The translations under genes were made by a program, and so were the position numbers. Positions 46,201 to 59,305 of a DNA stretch of 64,000 bases are shown piece after piece (the stretch's first letter is position 1; each line of letters begins with the position of its first letter). The stretch comes from Eledone cirrhosa (taxonomy: Eukaryota). The notes under the pieces were generated by a model. That model made no database searches, had not been told where the DNA came from, and worked only from the letters and a program-made list of their open reading frames with translations. The DNA lies in the NCBI GenBank assembly GCA_964016885.1, contig OZ024740.1:20956001-21020000 (forward strand), written 5' to 3'.

Positions 46201-49200
46201 TTAGACAATGTACCATTCCTTCTTTCAATGTGATATTATCAGACAGTATATCTTGGACTACATTAGAGAATGTACCATCCCTTCTTTCAAGGTGATATTA
46301 TCAGACAGTATATCTTCGATTACATTAGACAATGTACCATTCCTTCTTTCAATGTGATATTATCAGACAGTATATCTTGGACTACATTAGAAAATATACC
46401 ATTCCTTCTTTCAAGGTGATATTATCAGACAGTATATCTTGGACTACATTAGACAATGTACCATTCCTTCTTTACATGGGATATTATCAGACAGTATATC
46501 TTGGATTACATTAGACAATATACCATTCCTTGTTTCAATGTGATATTATCAGACAGTATAACTTGGACTACATTAGACAATGTACCATCCCTTCTTTCAA
46601 GGTGATATTAACAGACAGTATATCTTGGACTACATTAGACAATGGACCATTCCTAATTTCAAGGAGATATTATCAGACAGTATATCTACGACTACATTAG
46701 ACAATGTACCATTCCTTCTTTCAATGTGATATTATCAGACAGTATATCTTGGACTACATTAGACAATGTACCATTCCTTCTTTCAAGGTGATATTATCAG
46801 ACAGTATATCTTGGACTACATTAGACAATGTACCATTCCTTCTTTCAATGTCAGATTATCAGACACTATATCTTGGACTATATTAGACAATGTACCATTC
46901 CTTCTTTCAAGGTGATGTTATCAGACAGTATATCTTGGACTACATTAGACAATGTACCATTCCTTCTTTCAAGGTGATATTATCAGACAGTATATCTTGG
47001 ACTACATTAGACGATGTACCATTCATTCTTTCAATGTCATATTATCAGACAGTATATCTTGGACTACATTAGACAATATACCATTCCTTCTTTCAATGTG
47101 ATATTATCAGACAGTATATCTTGGACTACATTAGACAATGTACCATTCCTTCTTTCAATGTGATATTATCAGACAGTATATCTTGGACTACATTAGACAA
47201 TATACCATTCCTTCTTTCAATGTGATATTATCAGACAGTATATCTTGGACTACATTAGACAATGTACCATTTCTTCTTTCAAGGTGATATTATCAGACAG
47301 TATATCTTGGACTACATTAGACGATGTACCATTCCTTCTTTCAAGGTGATATTATCAGACAGTATAACTTCGACTACATTAGACAATGTACCATTCCTTC
47401 TTTCAAGGTGATATTATCAGACAGTATATCTTGGACTACATTAGACGATATAACATTCCTTCTTTCAATGTCATATTATCAGACAGTATATCTTGGACTA
47501 CATTAGACAATATACCATTCCTTCTTTATTATTAGACAGTATATCAGGTACTACATTAAACAATGTAACATTCCTTCTTTCAATGTGATATTATCAGACA
47601 GTATATCTTGGACTGCATTAGACAATGTACCATTCCTTCTTTCAATTTGATATTATCAGACAGTATAGCCTGGACTACATTAGACAATGTACCATTCCTT
47701 CTTTCAATGTGATTTTATCTTGGACTACAGTAGACAATATACCATTCTTTGTTTCAATGTCATATTATCAGACAGTATATCTTGGACTACATTCGACAAT
47801 GTACCATTTCTTCTTTCAATGTGATATTATCAGACAGTATATCTTGGACAACATTAGAAAATATACCATTCCTTATTTCAAGATGATATCATCAGACAGT
47901 ATATCTTGGACTACATTATACAATGTACCATTCCTTCTTTCAATGTCATATTATAAGACAGTATATCCTCGACTACATTAGACAATATAGCATTCCTTCT
48001 TTCAATGTGATATTATCAGACAGTATATCTTGGACTACAGTAGACAATGTACCATTCCTTCTTTCAAGGTGATATTATCAGACAGTATATCTTGGACTAC
48101 AGTAGACAATGTACCATTCCTACTTTCAATGTGATATTATCAGACAGTATATCTTGGACTACATTAGACAATGTACCATTCCTTCTTTCAAGGTGATATT
48201 ATCAGACAGTATATCTTCGATTACATTAGACAATATACCATTCCTTGTTTCAATGTGATATTATCAGACAGTATATCTTGGACTACATTAGACAATGTAC
48301 CATTCCTTCCTTCAAGGTGATATTAACAAACAGTATATCTTGGACCTTTCCTAACTTCAAGGAGATATTATCAGACAGTATATCTACGACTACATAAGAC
48401 AATGTACCATTCCTTCTTTCAACGTGATATTATCAGACAGTATATCTTGGACTACATTAGACAATGTACCATTCCTTCATTCAAGGTGATATTATCAGAC
48501 AGTATATCTTGGACTGCATTAGATAATGTACCATTCCTTCTTTCAATGTCATATTATCAGACAGTATATCTTGGACTAAATTAGACACTGTACCATTCCT
48601 TCTTTCAAGGTGATGTTATCAGACAGTATATCTTGGACTACATTAGACAATGTACCATTTATTCTTTCAATATGATATTATCAGACAGTATATCTTGGGC
48701 CACATTAGACAATATACCAGTCCTTGTTTCAACGTGATATTATCAGACAGTATATATTGGACTACATTAGACAATGTACCATTGCTTCTTTCAAGGTGAT
48801 ATTATCAGACAGTATATCTTGGACTACATTAGACAATGTACCATTCCTGCTTTCAATGTGATATTATCAGACAGTATATCTTGGACTACATTAGAGAATG
48901 TACCATTCCTTCTTTCAAGGTGATATTATCAGACAGTATATCTTCGATTAAATTAGACAATCTACCATTCCTTCTTTCAATGTGATATTATCAGACAGTA
49001 TATCTTGGACTACATTAGACAATGTATCGTTCCTTCTTTCAATGTGATATTATCAGACATCATATCTTGGACTGCATTAGACAATGTACCATTCCTTCTT
49101 TCAAGGTGATATTATCAGACAGTATATCTTGGACTACATTAGACTATGTACCATTCATTCTTTCAAGGTGATATTATCACACAGTTTATCTTGGACTACA

Positions 49201-52200
49201 TTAGACAATATACCATTCCTTGTTTCAAGTGATATTATCAGACAGTATATATTGGACTACATTAGACAATGCACCATTTCTTCTTTCAATGTGATATTAT
49301 CAGACAGTATATCTTGGACTACATTAGACAATATACCATTTCTTGTTTCAATGTCATATTATCAGACAGTATATCTTGGACTACATTAGACAATGTACCA
49401 TTTCTTTTTTCAACGTGATATTATCAGACAGTATAGCTTGGACTACATTAGAAAATATACCATTCCTTCTTTCAAGGTGATATTATCAGATAGTATATCT
49501 TGGACTACATTAGACAATATACCATTCCTTCTTTCAATGGGATATTATCAGACAGTATATCCTGGACTACATTGGACAATGTACCATTCCTTCTTTCAAT
49601 GTGATATTATCAGACAGTATATCTTGGACTACATTAGAGAATGTACCATTCCTTCTTTCAAGGTGATATTATCAGACAGTATATCTTCGACGACATTAGA
49701 CAATGTACCATTCCTTCTTTCAATGTGATATTATCAGACAGTATATCTTGGACTACATTAGACAATATACCTTTCCTTCTTTCAACGTGATCTTATCAGA
49801 CAATATATCTTGGACTACATTAGACAATGTACCATTCCTTCTTTCAAGGTGATATTATCAGACAGTATATCTTGGACTACATTAGACAATGTACCATTCA
49901 TTTTTTCAAGGTCATATTATCAGACAGTATATCTTCGACTACATTAGCCAATATACCATTCCTTCCTTCAATGTGATATTATCAGACAGTATATCTTGGA
50001 CTACATTAGACAATGTACCATTCCTTCTTTCAAGGTGATATTATCAGACAGTATATCTTGGACTACATTAGACAATGTACCATTCCTTCTTTCAATGTGA
50101 TATTATCTGACAGTATATCTTGGACTACATTAGACAAGGTACCATTCCTTCTTTCAATGTGATATTATCAAACAGTATATCTTGGACTACATTAGACAAT
50201 GTATCGTTCCTTCTTTCAATGTGATATTATCAGACATTATATCTTTGACTAATTTAGACATGTACCATTCCTTATTTCAAGGTGATATTATCAGACAGTA
50301 TATCTTGGACTACATTAGACAATGTACCATTCATTCTTTCAAGGTGATATTATCAGACAGTATATCTTGGACTACGTTAGACAATGTACCATTCCTTCTT
50401 TCAATATGTTATCATCAGCCAGTATATCTTGGACTACATTAGAAAATGTACCATTCCTTCTTTCTAGGTGATATTATCAGACAGTTTATCTTGGACTACA
50501 TTACACAATGTACCGTTCCTTCTTTCAATGTGATATTTTCAGGCAGTATACCTTGGACTACATTAGACAATGTACCATTCATTCCTTCAAGGTGATATTA
50601 TCAGTCAGTATATCTTGGACTACATTAGACAATGTATCGTTCCTTCTCTCAATGTGATATTATCAGACAGTATATCTTGGACTACATTAGACAATGTACC
50701 ATTCCTTCTTTCAAGGTGATATTATAAGAGAGTATATCCTGGACTACATTAGACAATGTACCATTCCTTCTTTCAATGTGATATTATCAGACAGTATATC
50801 TTGGACTACATTAGACAATGTACCATTCCTTCTTTCAACGTGATATTATCAGACAGTATATCTTGGACTACATTAGACAATGTACCATTCCTTCTTTCAA
50901 GGTGATATTATTAGACAGTATATCTTGGACTACATTAGACAATCTACCATTCATTTTTTCAAGGTGATATTATCAGACAGTATATCTTGGACTACATTAG
51001 ACAATGTACCATTCCTTCTTTCAAGGTGATATTATCAGACAGTATATCTTGGACTACATTAGACAATGTACCATTCCTTCTTTCAATGTCATATTATCAG
51101 ACAGTATATCTTCGACTACATTAGACAATATAGCATTCCTTCTTTCAATGTGATATTATCAGACAGTATATCTTGGACTACAGTAGACAATATACCATTC
51201 CTTCTTTCAAGGTGATATTATCAGACAGTATATCTTGGACTACACTAGACAATGTACCATTCCTTCTTTCAACGTGATATTATCAGACAGTATATCTTGG
51301 ACTACATTAGACAATGTACCATTCCTTCTTTCAAGGTGATATTATTAGACAGTATATCTTGGACTACATTAGACAATGTACCATTCCTTCTTTCAATGTG
51401 ATATTATCAGACAGTATATCTTGGACTACATTAGACACTATACCATTCCTTGTTTCAATGTGATATTATCAGACAGTATATCTTGGACTACATTAGACAA
51501 TGTACCATTCCTTCTTTCAAGGTGATATTATCAGACAGTATATCTTGGACTACATTAGACAATGTACCATTCCTTCTTTCAAGGTGATATTATCAGACAG
51601 TATATCTTGGACTACATTAGACAATGTACCATTCCTTCTTTCAAGGTGATATTATCAGACAGTATATCTTGGACTACATTAGACAATGTACCATTCCTTC
51701 TTTCAATGGGATATTATCAGAGAGTATATCTTGGACTACATTAGACAATATACCATTCCTTCTTTCAATGTGATATTATCAGACAGTATATCTTGGACTA
51801 CATTAGACAATGTACCATTCCTTCTTTCAAGGTGATATTATCAGACAGTATATGTTGGACTACATTAGACAATGTACCATTCCTTCTTTCAATGTGATAT
51901 TATCAGACAGTGTATCTTGGACTACATTAGACAATCTAGCATTCCTTCTTTCAATGTGATATTATCAGACAGTATATCTTGGACTACATTAGTCAATGTA
52001 CCATTCCTTCTTTCAATGTTATATTATCAGACAGTATAGATTGGACTACATTAGACAATGTACCATTCCTTCTTTCAAGGTTATATTATCAGACAGTATA
52101 TATTGGGCTACATTAGACAATATACCAGTCCTTGTTTCAATGTGATATTATCAGACAGTATATCTTGGACTACATTATAAAATATACCCTTCCTTCTTTC

Positions 52201-54190
52201 AAGGTGATATTATCTGACAGTATATCTTGGGCTACATTAAACAATGTACCATTTCTTCTTTCAATGTGATATTATCAGACAGTATATCTTGGACTACATT
52301 AGACAATGTACCATTTCTTCTTTCAATGTGATATTATCAGACAGTATAACTTAGACTACATTAGACAATACACCATTCTTTCTTTCAATGTGATATGATC
52401 AGACAGTATATCCTGGACTACATTAGACAATGTACCATTCCTTGTTCAACGTGATATTATTAGACAGTATACCTTGGACTACATTAGACAATGTACCATT
52501 CCTTCTCTCATTGTGATATTATCAGACAGTATATGTGATATTATCAGACAGTATATCTTGGACTACATTAGACAATATACCATTCCTTGTTTCAATGTGA
52601 TATTATCAGACAGTATATCTTGGACTACATTAGACAATGTACCATTTCTTCTTTCAATGTGATATTATCAGACAGTATATCTTGCACTACATTAGACAAT
52701 ATACCGTTCCTTTTTTCAATGTGACATTATCAGACTGTATATCTTGGACTACATTAGACAATGTACCATGTATTCTTTCAATTTGATATTATCAGACAGT
52801 ATATCTTGGACTACATTAGACAATATACCCTTCCTTGTTTCAATGTGATATTATCAGACAGTATATCTTGGACTACATTAGACAATGTACCATTCCTTGT
52901 TCAACGTGATATTATTAGACAGTATACCTTGGACTACATTAGACAATGTACCATTCCTTCTTTCAATGTGATATTATCAGACAGTATATGTGATATTATC
53001 AGACAGTATATCTTGGACTACATTAGACAATATACCATTACTTGTTTCAATGTGATATTATCAGACAGTATATCTTGGACTACATTAGACGATGTACCAT
53101 TTCTTCTTTCAATGTGATATTATCAGACAGTATATCTTGCACAAAAATAGACAATATACCGTTCCTTTTTTCAATGTGATATTATCAGACAGTATATCTT
53201 GGACTACATTAGACAATGTACCATGTATTCTTTCAATGTGATATTATCAGACAGTATATCTTGGACTACATTCGACAATGTACCATTCATTCTTTCAATG
53301 TGATATTATCAGACAGTATATCTTGGACTACGTTAGACAATATACCATTACTTCTTTCAATGTGATAGTATCAGACAGTATATCTTGGACTACGTTAGAC
53401 AATGTACCATTCCTTCTTTCAAGGTGATATTATCAGACAGTATATGTTGGACTACATTAGACAATGTACCATTCCTTCTTTCAATGTGATATTATCAGAC
53501 AGTATATCTTGGACTACATTAGTCAATGTACCATTCCTTCTTTCAATGTTATATTATCAGACAGTATAGCTTGGACTACATTAGACAATGTACCATTCCT
53601 TCTTTCAAGGTGATATTATCAGACAGTATATCTTGGACTACATTAGACAATGTACCATTTCTTCTTTCAATGTGATATTATCAGACAGTATATCTTGGAC
53701 TACATTAGACAATACAACACTCCTTGTTTCAAAGTGATATTATCAGACAGTATATCTTGGACTACATTAGACAATGTACCATTCCTTGTTTCAACGTGAT
53801 ATTATTAGACAGTATACCTTGGACTTCATTAGACAATGTACCATTCCTTCTTTCAATGTGATATTATCAGACAGTATATGTGATAGTATCAGACAGTATA
53901 TCTTGGACTACATTAGACAATATACCATTCCTTGTTTCAATGTGATATTATCAGACAGTATATCTTGGACTACATTAGAGAACGTAACATTTATTCTTTC
54001 AATGTGATATTATCAGACAGTATATATTGGGCTACATTAGACAATATACCCGTCCTTGTTTCAATGTGATATTATCAGACAGTATATCTTGGACTACATT
54101 ATACAATATACCATTCCTTCCTCCAAGGTGATATTATATGACAGTATATCTTGGGCTACATGAAACAATGTACCATTTCTTCTTTCAATG

Positions 54191-57100
54191 TGATATTATC
54201 AGACAGTATATCTTGGACTACATTAGACAATGTACCATTTCTTCTTTCAATGTGATATTATCAGACAGTATAACTTGGACTACATTAGACAATGTACCAT
54301 TCCTTGTTTCAACGTGATATTATTAGACAGTATACCTTGGACTTCATTAGACAATGTACCATTCCTTCTTTCAATGTGATATTATCAGACAGTATATGTG
54401 ATGGTATCAGACAGTATATCTTGGACTACATTAGACAATATACCATTCCTTGTTTCAATGTGATATTATCAGACAGTATATCTTGGACTACATTAGACAA
54501 TGTACCATTTATTCTTTCAATGTGATATTATCAGACAGTATATCTTGGACTACATTAGACAATATACCGTTCCTTTTTTCAATGTGATATTATCAGACAG
54601 TATATCTTGGACTACATTAGTCAATGTACCATGTATTCATTCAATGTGATATTATCAGACAGTATATCGTGGACTACATTAGACAATATACCATTCCTTG
54701 TTTCAATGTGATATTATCAGACAGTAGATCTTGGACTACATTAGACAATGTACCGTTTCTTCTTTCAATGTGATATTATCAGACAGTATATCTTGGACTA
54801 CATTAGCCAATATACCATTCCTTGTTTCAATGTGATATTATCAGACAGTATATCTTGGACCACATTAGACAATGTACCATTCCTTCTTTCAAGGTGATAT
54901 TATCAGACAGTATATCTTGGACTACATTAGACAATGTACCATTCCTTCTTTCAAGGTGATATTATCAGACAGTATATCTTGGACTACATTAGACAATGTA
55001 CCGTTCCTTCTTTCAAGGTGATATTATCAGACAGTATATCTTGGTCTACATTAGACAATGTACCATTCCTTCTTTCAAGGTGATATTATCAGACAGTATA
55101 TCTTGGACAACATTAGACAATGTACCATTCCTTCTTTCAATGTCATATTATCCGACAGTATATCTTCGACTACATTAGACAATATACCATTCCTTGTTTC
55201 AATGTGATATTATCAGACAGTATATCTTGGACTACATTAGACAATGCACCATTCCTTCTTTCAAGGTGATATTATCAGACCGTATATCTTGGACTACAAT
55301 AGACAATGTACCATTCCTACTTTCAATGTGATATTAACAGACAGTATATATTGGACTACATTAGACAATGTACCATTCCTTCTTTCAACGTCATATTATC
55401 AGACAGTATATCTTAGACTACATTAGACAATATACCATTCCTTCTTTCAATGTGATATTATCAGACAGTATATCTTGGACTACATTATACAATACCATTC
55501 CTTCTTTCAACGTGATATTCTCAGACAGTATATCTTGGACTACATTATACAATACCATTCCTTCTTTCAACGTGATATTCTCAGACAGTATATCTTGGAC
55601 TGCATTAGACAATGCACCATTCCTTCTCTCAATGTGATATTATCAGACAGTATATCTTGGACTACATTAGACAATGTACCATTCCTTCTTTCACTGTGAT
55701 ATTATCAGACAGTATATCTTGGACTACATTAGACAATGTACCTTTCCTTCTTTGAATGTTATATTATCAGACAGTATATCTTGGACTACATTAGACAATG
55801 TACCATTCCTTCTTTCAATGGGATATTAGCAGACAGTATATCTTGGACTACATTAGACAATATACCATTCCTTCTTTCAAAATGATATTATCAGACAGTA
55901 TATCTTGGACTACATTAGACAATGTACCATTTCTTCTTTCAATGTGATATTATCAGACAGTATAACTTGGACTACATTAGACAATGTACCATTCCTTGTT
56001 TCAACGTGATATTATTAGACAGTATACCTTGGACTTCATTAGACAATGTACCATTCCTTCTTTCAATGTGATATTATCAGACAGTATATGTGATGGTATC
56101 AGACAGTATATCTTGGACTACATTAGACAATATACCATTCCTTGTTTCAATGTGATATTATCAGACAGTATATCTTGGACTACATTAGACAATGTACCAT
56201 TTATTCTTTCAATGTGATATTATCAGACAGTATATCTTGGACTACATTAGACAATATACCGTTCCTTTTTTCAATGTGATATTATCAGACAGTATATCTT
56301 GGACTACATTAGTCAATGTACCATGTATTCATTCAATGTGATATTATCAGACAGTATATCGTGGACTACATTAGACAATATACCATTCCTTGTTTCAATG
56401 TGATATTATCAGACAGTAGATCTTGGACTACATTAGACAATGTACCGTTTCTTCTTTCAATGTGATATTATCAGACAGTATATCTTGGACTACATTAGCC
56501 AATATACCATTCCTTGTTTCAATGTGATATTATCAGACAGTATATCTTGGACCACATTAGACAATGTACCATTCCTTCTTTCAAGGTGATATTATCAGAC
56601 AGTATATCTTGGACTACATTAGACAATGTACCATTCCTTCTTTCAAGGTGATATTATCAGACAGTATATCTTGGACTACATTAGACAATGTACCGTTCCT
56701 TCTTTCAAGGTGATATTATCAGACAGTATATCTTGGTCTACATTAGACAATGTACCATTCCTTCTTTCAAGGTGATATTATCAGACAGTATATCTTGGAC
56801 AACATTAGACAATGTACCATTCCTTCTTTCAATGTCATATTATCCGACAGTATATCTTCGACTACATTAGACAATATACCATTCCTTGTTTCAATGTGAT
56901 ATTATCAGACAGTATATCTTGGACTACATTAGACAATGCACCATTCCTTCTTTCAAGGTGATATTATCAGACCGTATATCTTGGACTACAATAGACAATG
57001 TACCATTCCTACTTTCAATGTGATATTAACAGACAGTATATATTGGACTACATTAGACAATGTACCATTCCTTCTTTCAACGTCATATTATCAGACAGTA

Positions 57101-57620
57101 TATCTTAGACTACATTAGACAATATACCATTCCTTCTTTCAATGTGATATTATCAGACAGTATATCTTGGACTACATTATACAATACCATTCCTTCTTTC
57201 AACGTGATATTCTCAGACAGTATATCTTGGACTACATTATACAATACCATTCCTTCTTTCAACGTGATATTCTCAGACAGTATATCTTGGACTACATTAG
57301 ACAATGCACCATTCCTTCTCTCAATTGGATATTATCAGACAGTATATCTTGGACTACATTAGACAATGTACCATTCCTTCTTTCACTGTGATATTATCAG
57401 ACAGTATATCTTGGACTACATTAGACAATGTACCTTTCCTTCTTTGAATGTTATATTATCAGACAGTATATCTTGGACTACATTAGACAATGTACCATTC
57501 CTTCTTTCAATGGGATATTAGCAGACAGTATATCTTGGACTACATTAGACAATATACCATTCCTTCTTTCAAAATGATATTATCAGACAGTATATCTTGG
57601 ACTACATTAGACAATGTACC
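54191..57620. repeat. 27-monomer (1692 bp) tandem duplication
   Basis: ORF offsets 54292->55984, 54996->56688, 55244->56936 and 55368->57060. 1692 = 27x62+22-2-2 (one 84-bp monomer and two 60-bp monomers). Confidence 0.93.
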
Positions 57621-59218
57621 ATTCCTTCTTTCGATGGGTTATTATCAGACAGTATAACTTGGACTACATTAGACAATGTACCATTCCTTCTTTCAAGGTT
57701 ATTTTATCAGACAGTATATCTTGGACTACATTAGACAACGTATCGTTCCTTCTTTCAAGATGATATTATCAGACAGTATATCTTGGACTACATTAGACAA
57801 TGTACCATTCCTTCTATCAAGGTGATATTATCGGACAGTATATCTTGGGCTACATTAGACAATGTACCATTCCTTCTTTCAATGTGATATTATCAGACAG
57901 TATATGTGATGGTATCAGACAGTATATCTTGGACTACATTAGACAATATACCATTCCTTGTTTCAATGTGATATTATCAGACAGTATATCTTGGACTACA
58001 TTAGACAATGTACCATTTATTCTTTCAATGTGATATTATCAGACAGTATATCTTGGACTACATTAGACAATATACCATTCCTTCTTTCAATGTGATATTA
58101 TCAGACAGTATATCTTGGACTACATTAGACAATATACCATTCCTTCTTTCAATGTGATATTATCAGACAGTATATCTTGGACTACATTAGACAATGTATC
58201 GTTCCTTCATTCACTGTGATATTATCAGACAGTATATCTTGGACTACATTAGACAATGTACCATTCCTTCTTTCAACCTCATATTATCAGACAGTATATC
58301 TTGGACTACATCAGACAATGTACCATTCCTAATTTCAATGTGATATTATCAGACAGTATAGCTCGGACTACATTAGACAATGTACCATTCCTTCTTTCAA
58401 TGTGATATTATCAGACAGTATATCTTGGACTACATTAAACAATATACCATTCCTTGTTTCAATGTGATATGATTAGACAGTATACCTTGGACTACATTAG
58501 ACAATGTACCATTCCTTGTTTCAATGGGATATTATCAGACAGTATAGCTTGGACTATATTAGACAATGTACCATTCCTTCTTTCAATGTGATATTATCAG
58601 ACAGTATATCTTGGACTACATTAAACAATATACCATTCCTTGTTTCAATGTGATATGATTAGACAGTATACCTTGGACTACATTAGACAATGTACCATTC
58701 CTTGTTTCAACGTCATATTATCAGACAGTATATCTTGGACTACATTAGACAATATACCTACCTTGTTTCAATGTGATATTATCAGACAGTATATCTTGGA
58801 CTCCATTAGACAATGTACCATTCCTACTTTCAATGTGATATTATCAGACAGTATAGCTCGGACTACATTAGACAGTGTACCATTCATTCTTTCAATGTGA
58901 TATTATCAGACGGTATATCTTGGACTACAATAGACAATATACCTTCCTTGTTTCAATGTGATATTATCAGACAGTATATCTTGGACTTCATTAGACACTG
59001 TATCGTTCCTTCTTTCAAGATGATATTATCAGACAGTATATCTTGGACTACATTAGACAATGTACCATTCCTTCTTTCAATGTGATATTATCGGACAGTA
59101 TATCTTGGACTACATTAGATAATGTACCATTCCTTCTTTCAATGTGATATTATCAGAGTATATCTTGGACTACATTAGACAATGTACCATTCCTTCTGTC
59201 AATGTGATATTATCAGAC

Positions 59219-59305
59219 TGTCTAATGTAGTCCAAGATATACTGTCTGATAATATCACATTGAAAGAAGGAATGGTACATTGTCTAATGTAGTCCAAGAT
59301 ATACT
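59219..59305 (-). other. 87-bp inverted segment of the satellite (1.4 monomers in reverse orientation)
   Basis: The sequence tgtctaatgtagtccaagatatactgtctgataatatcacattgaaagaaggaatggtacattgtctaatgtagtccaagatatact is the exact reverse complement of consensus agtatatc...ttagaca. Flipping it restores tatcagac|agtatatc and ttagaca|atgtacc. Confidence 0.97.

Noticed and set aside
55418-57304. Two minus-strand 64-aa ORFs
   Set aside because: They arise from the pair of 60-bp variant monomers that remove stop codons. They are repeat translations duplicated by the 1692-bp unit.
59219-59305. Transposon insertion, MITE or recombinase-controlled invertible switch
   Set aside because: The segment is pure satellite sequence with no target-site duplication, no terminal inverted repeats, no inverted recombination sites at the breakpoints and no recombinase gene in the window.
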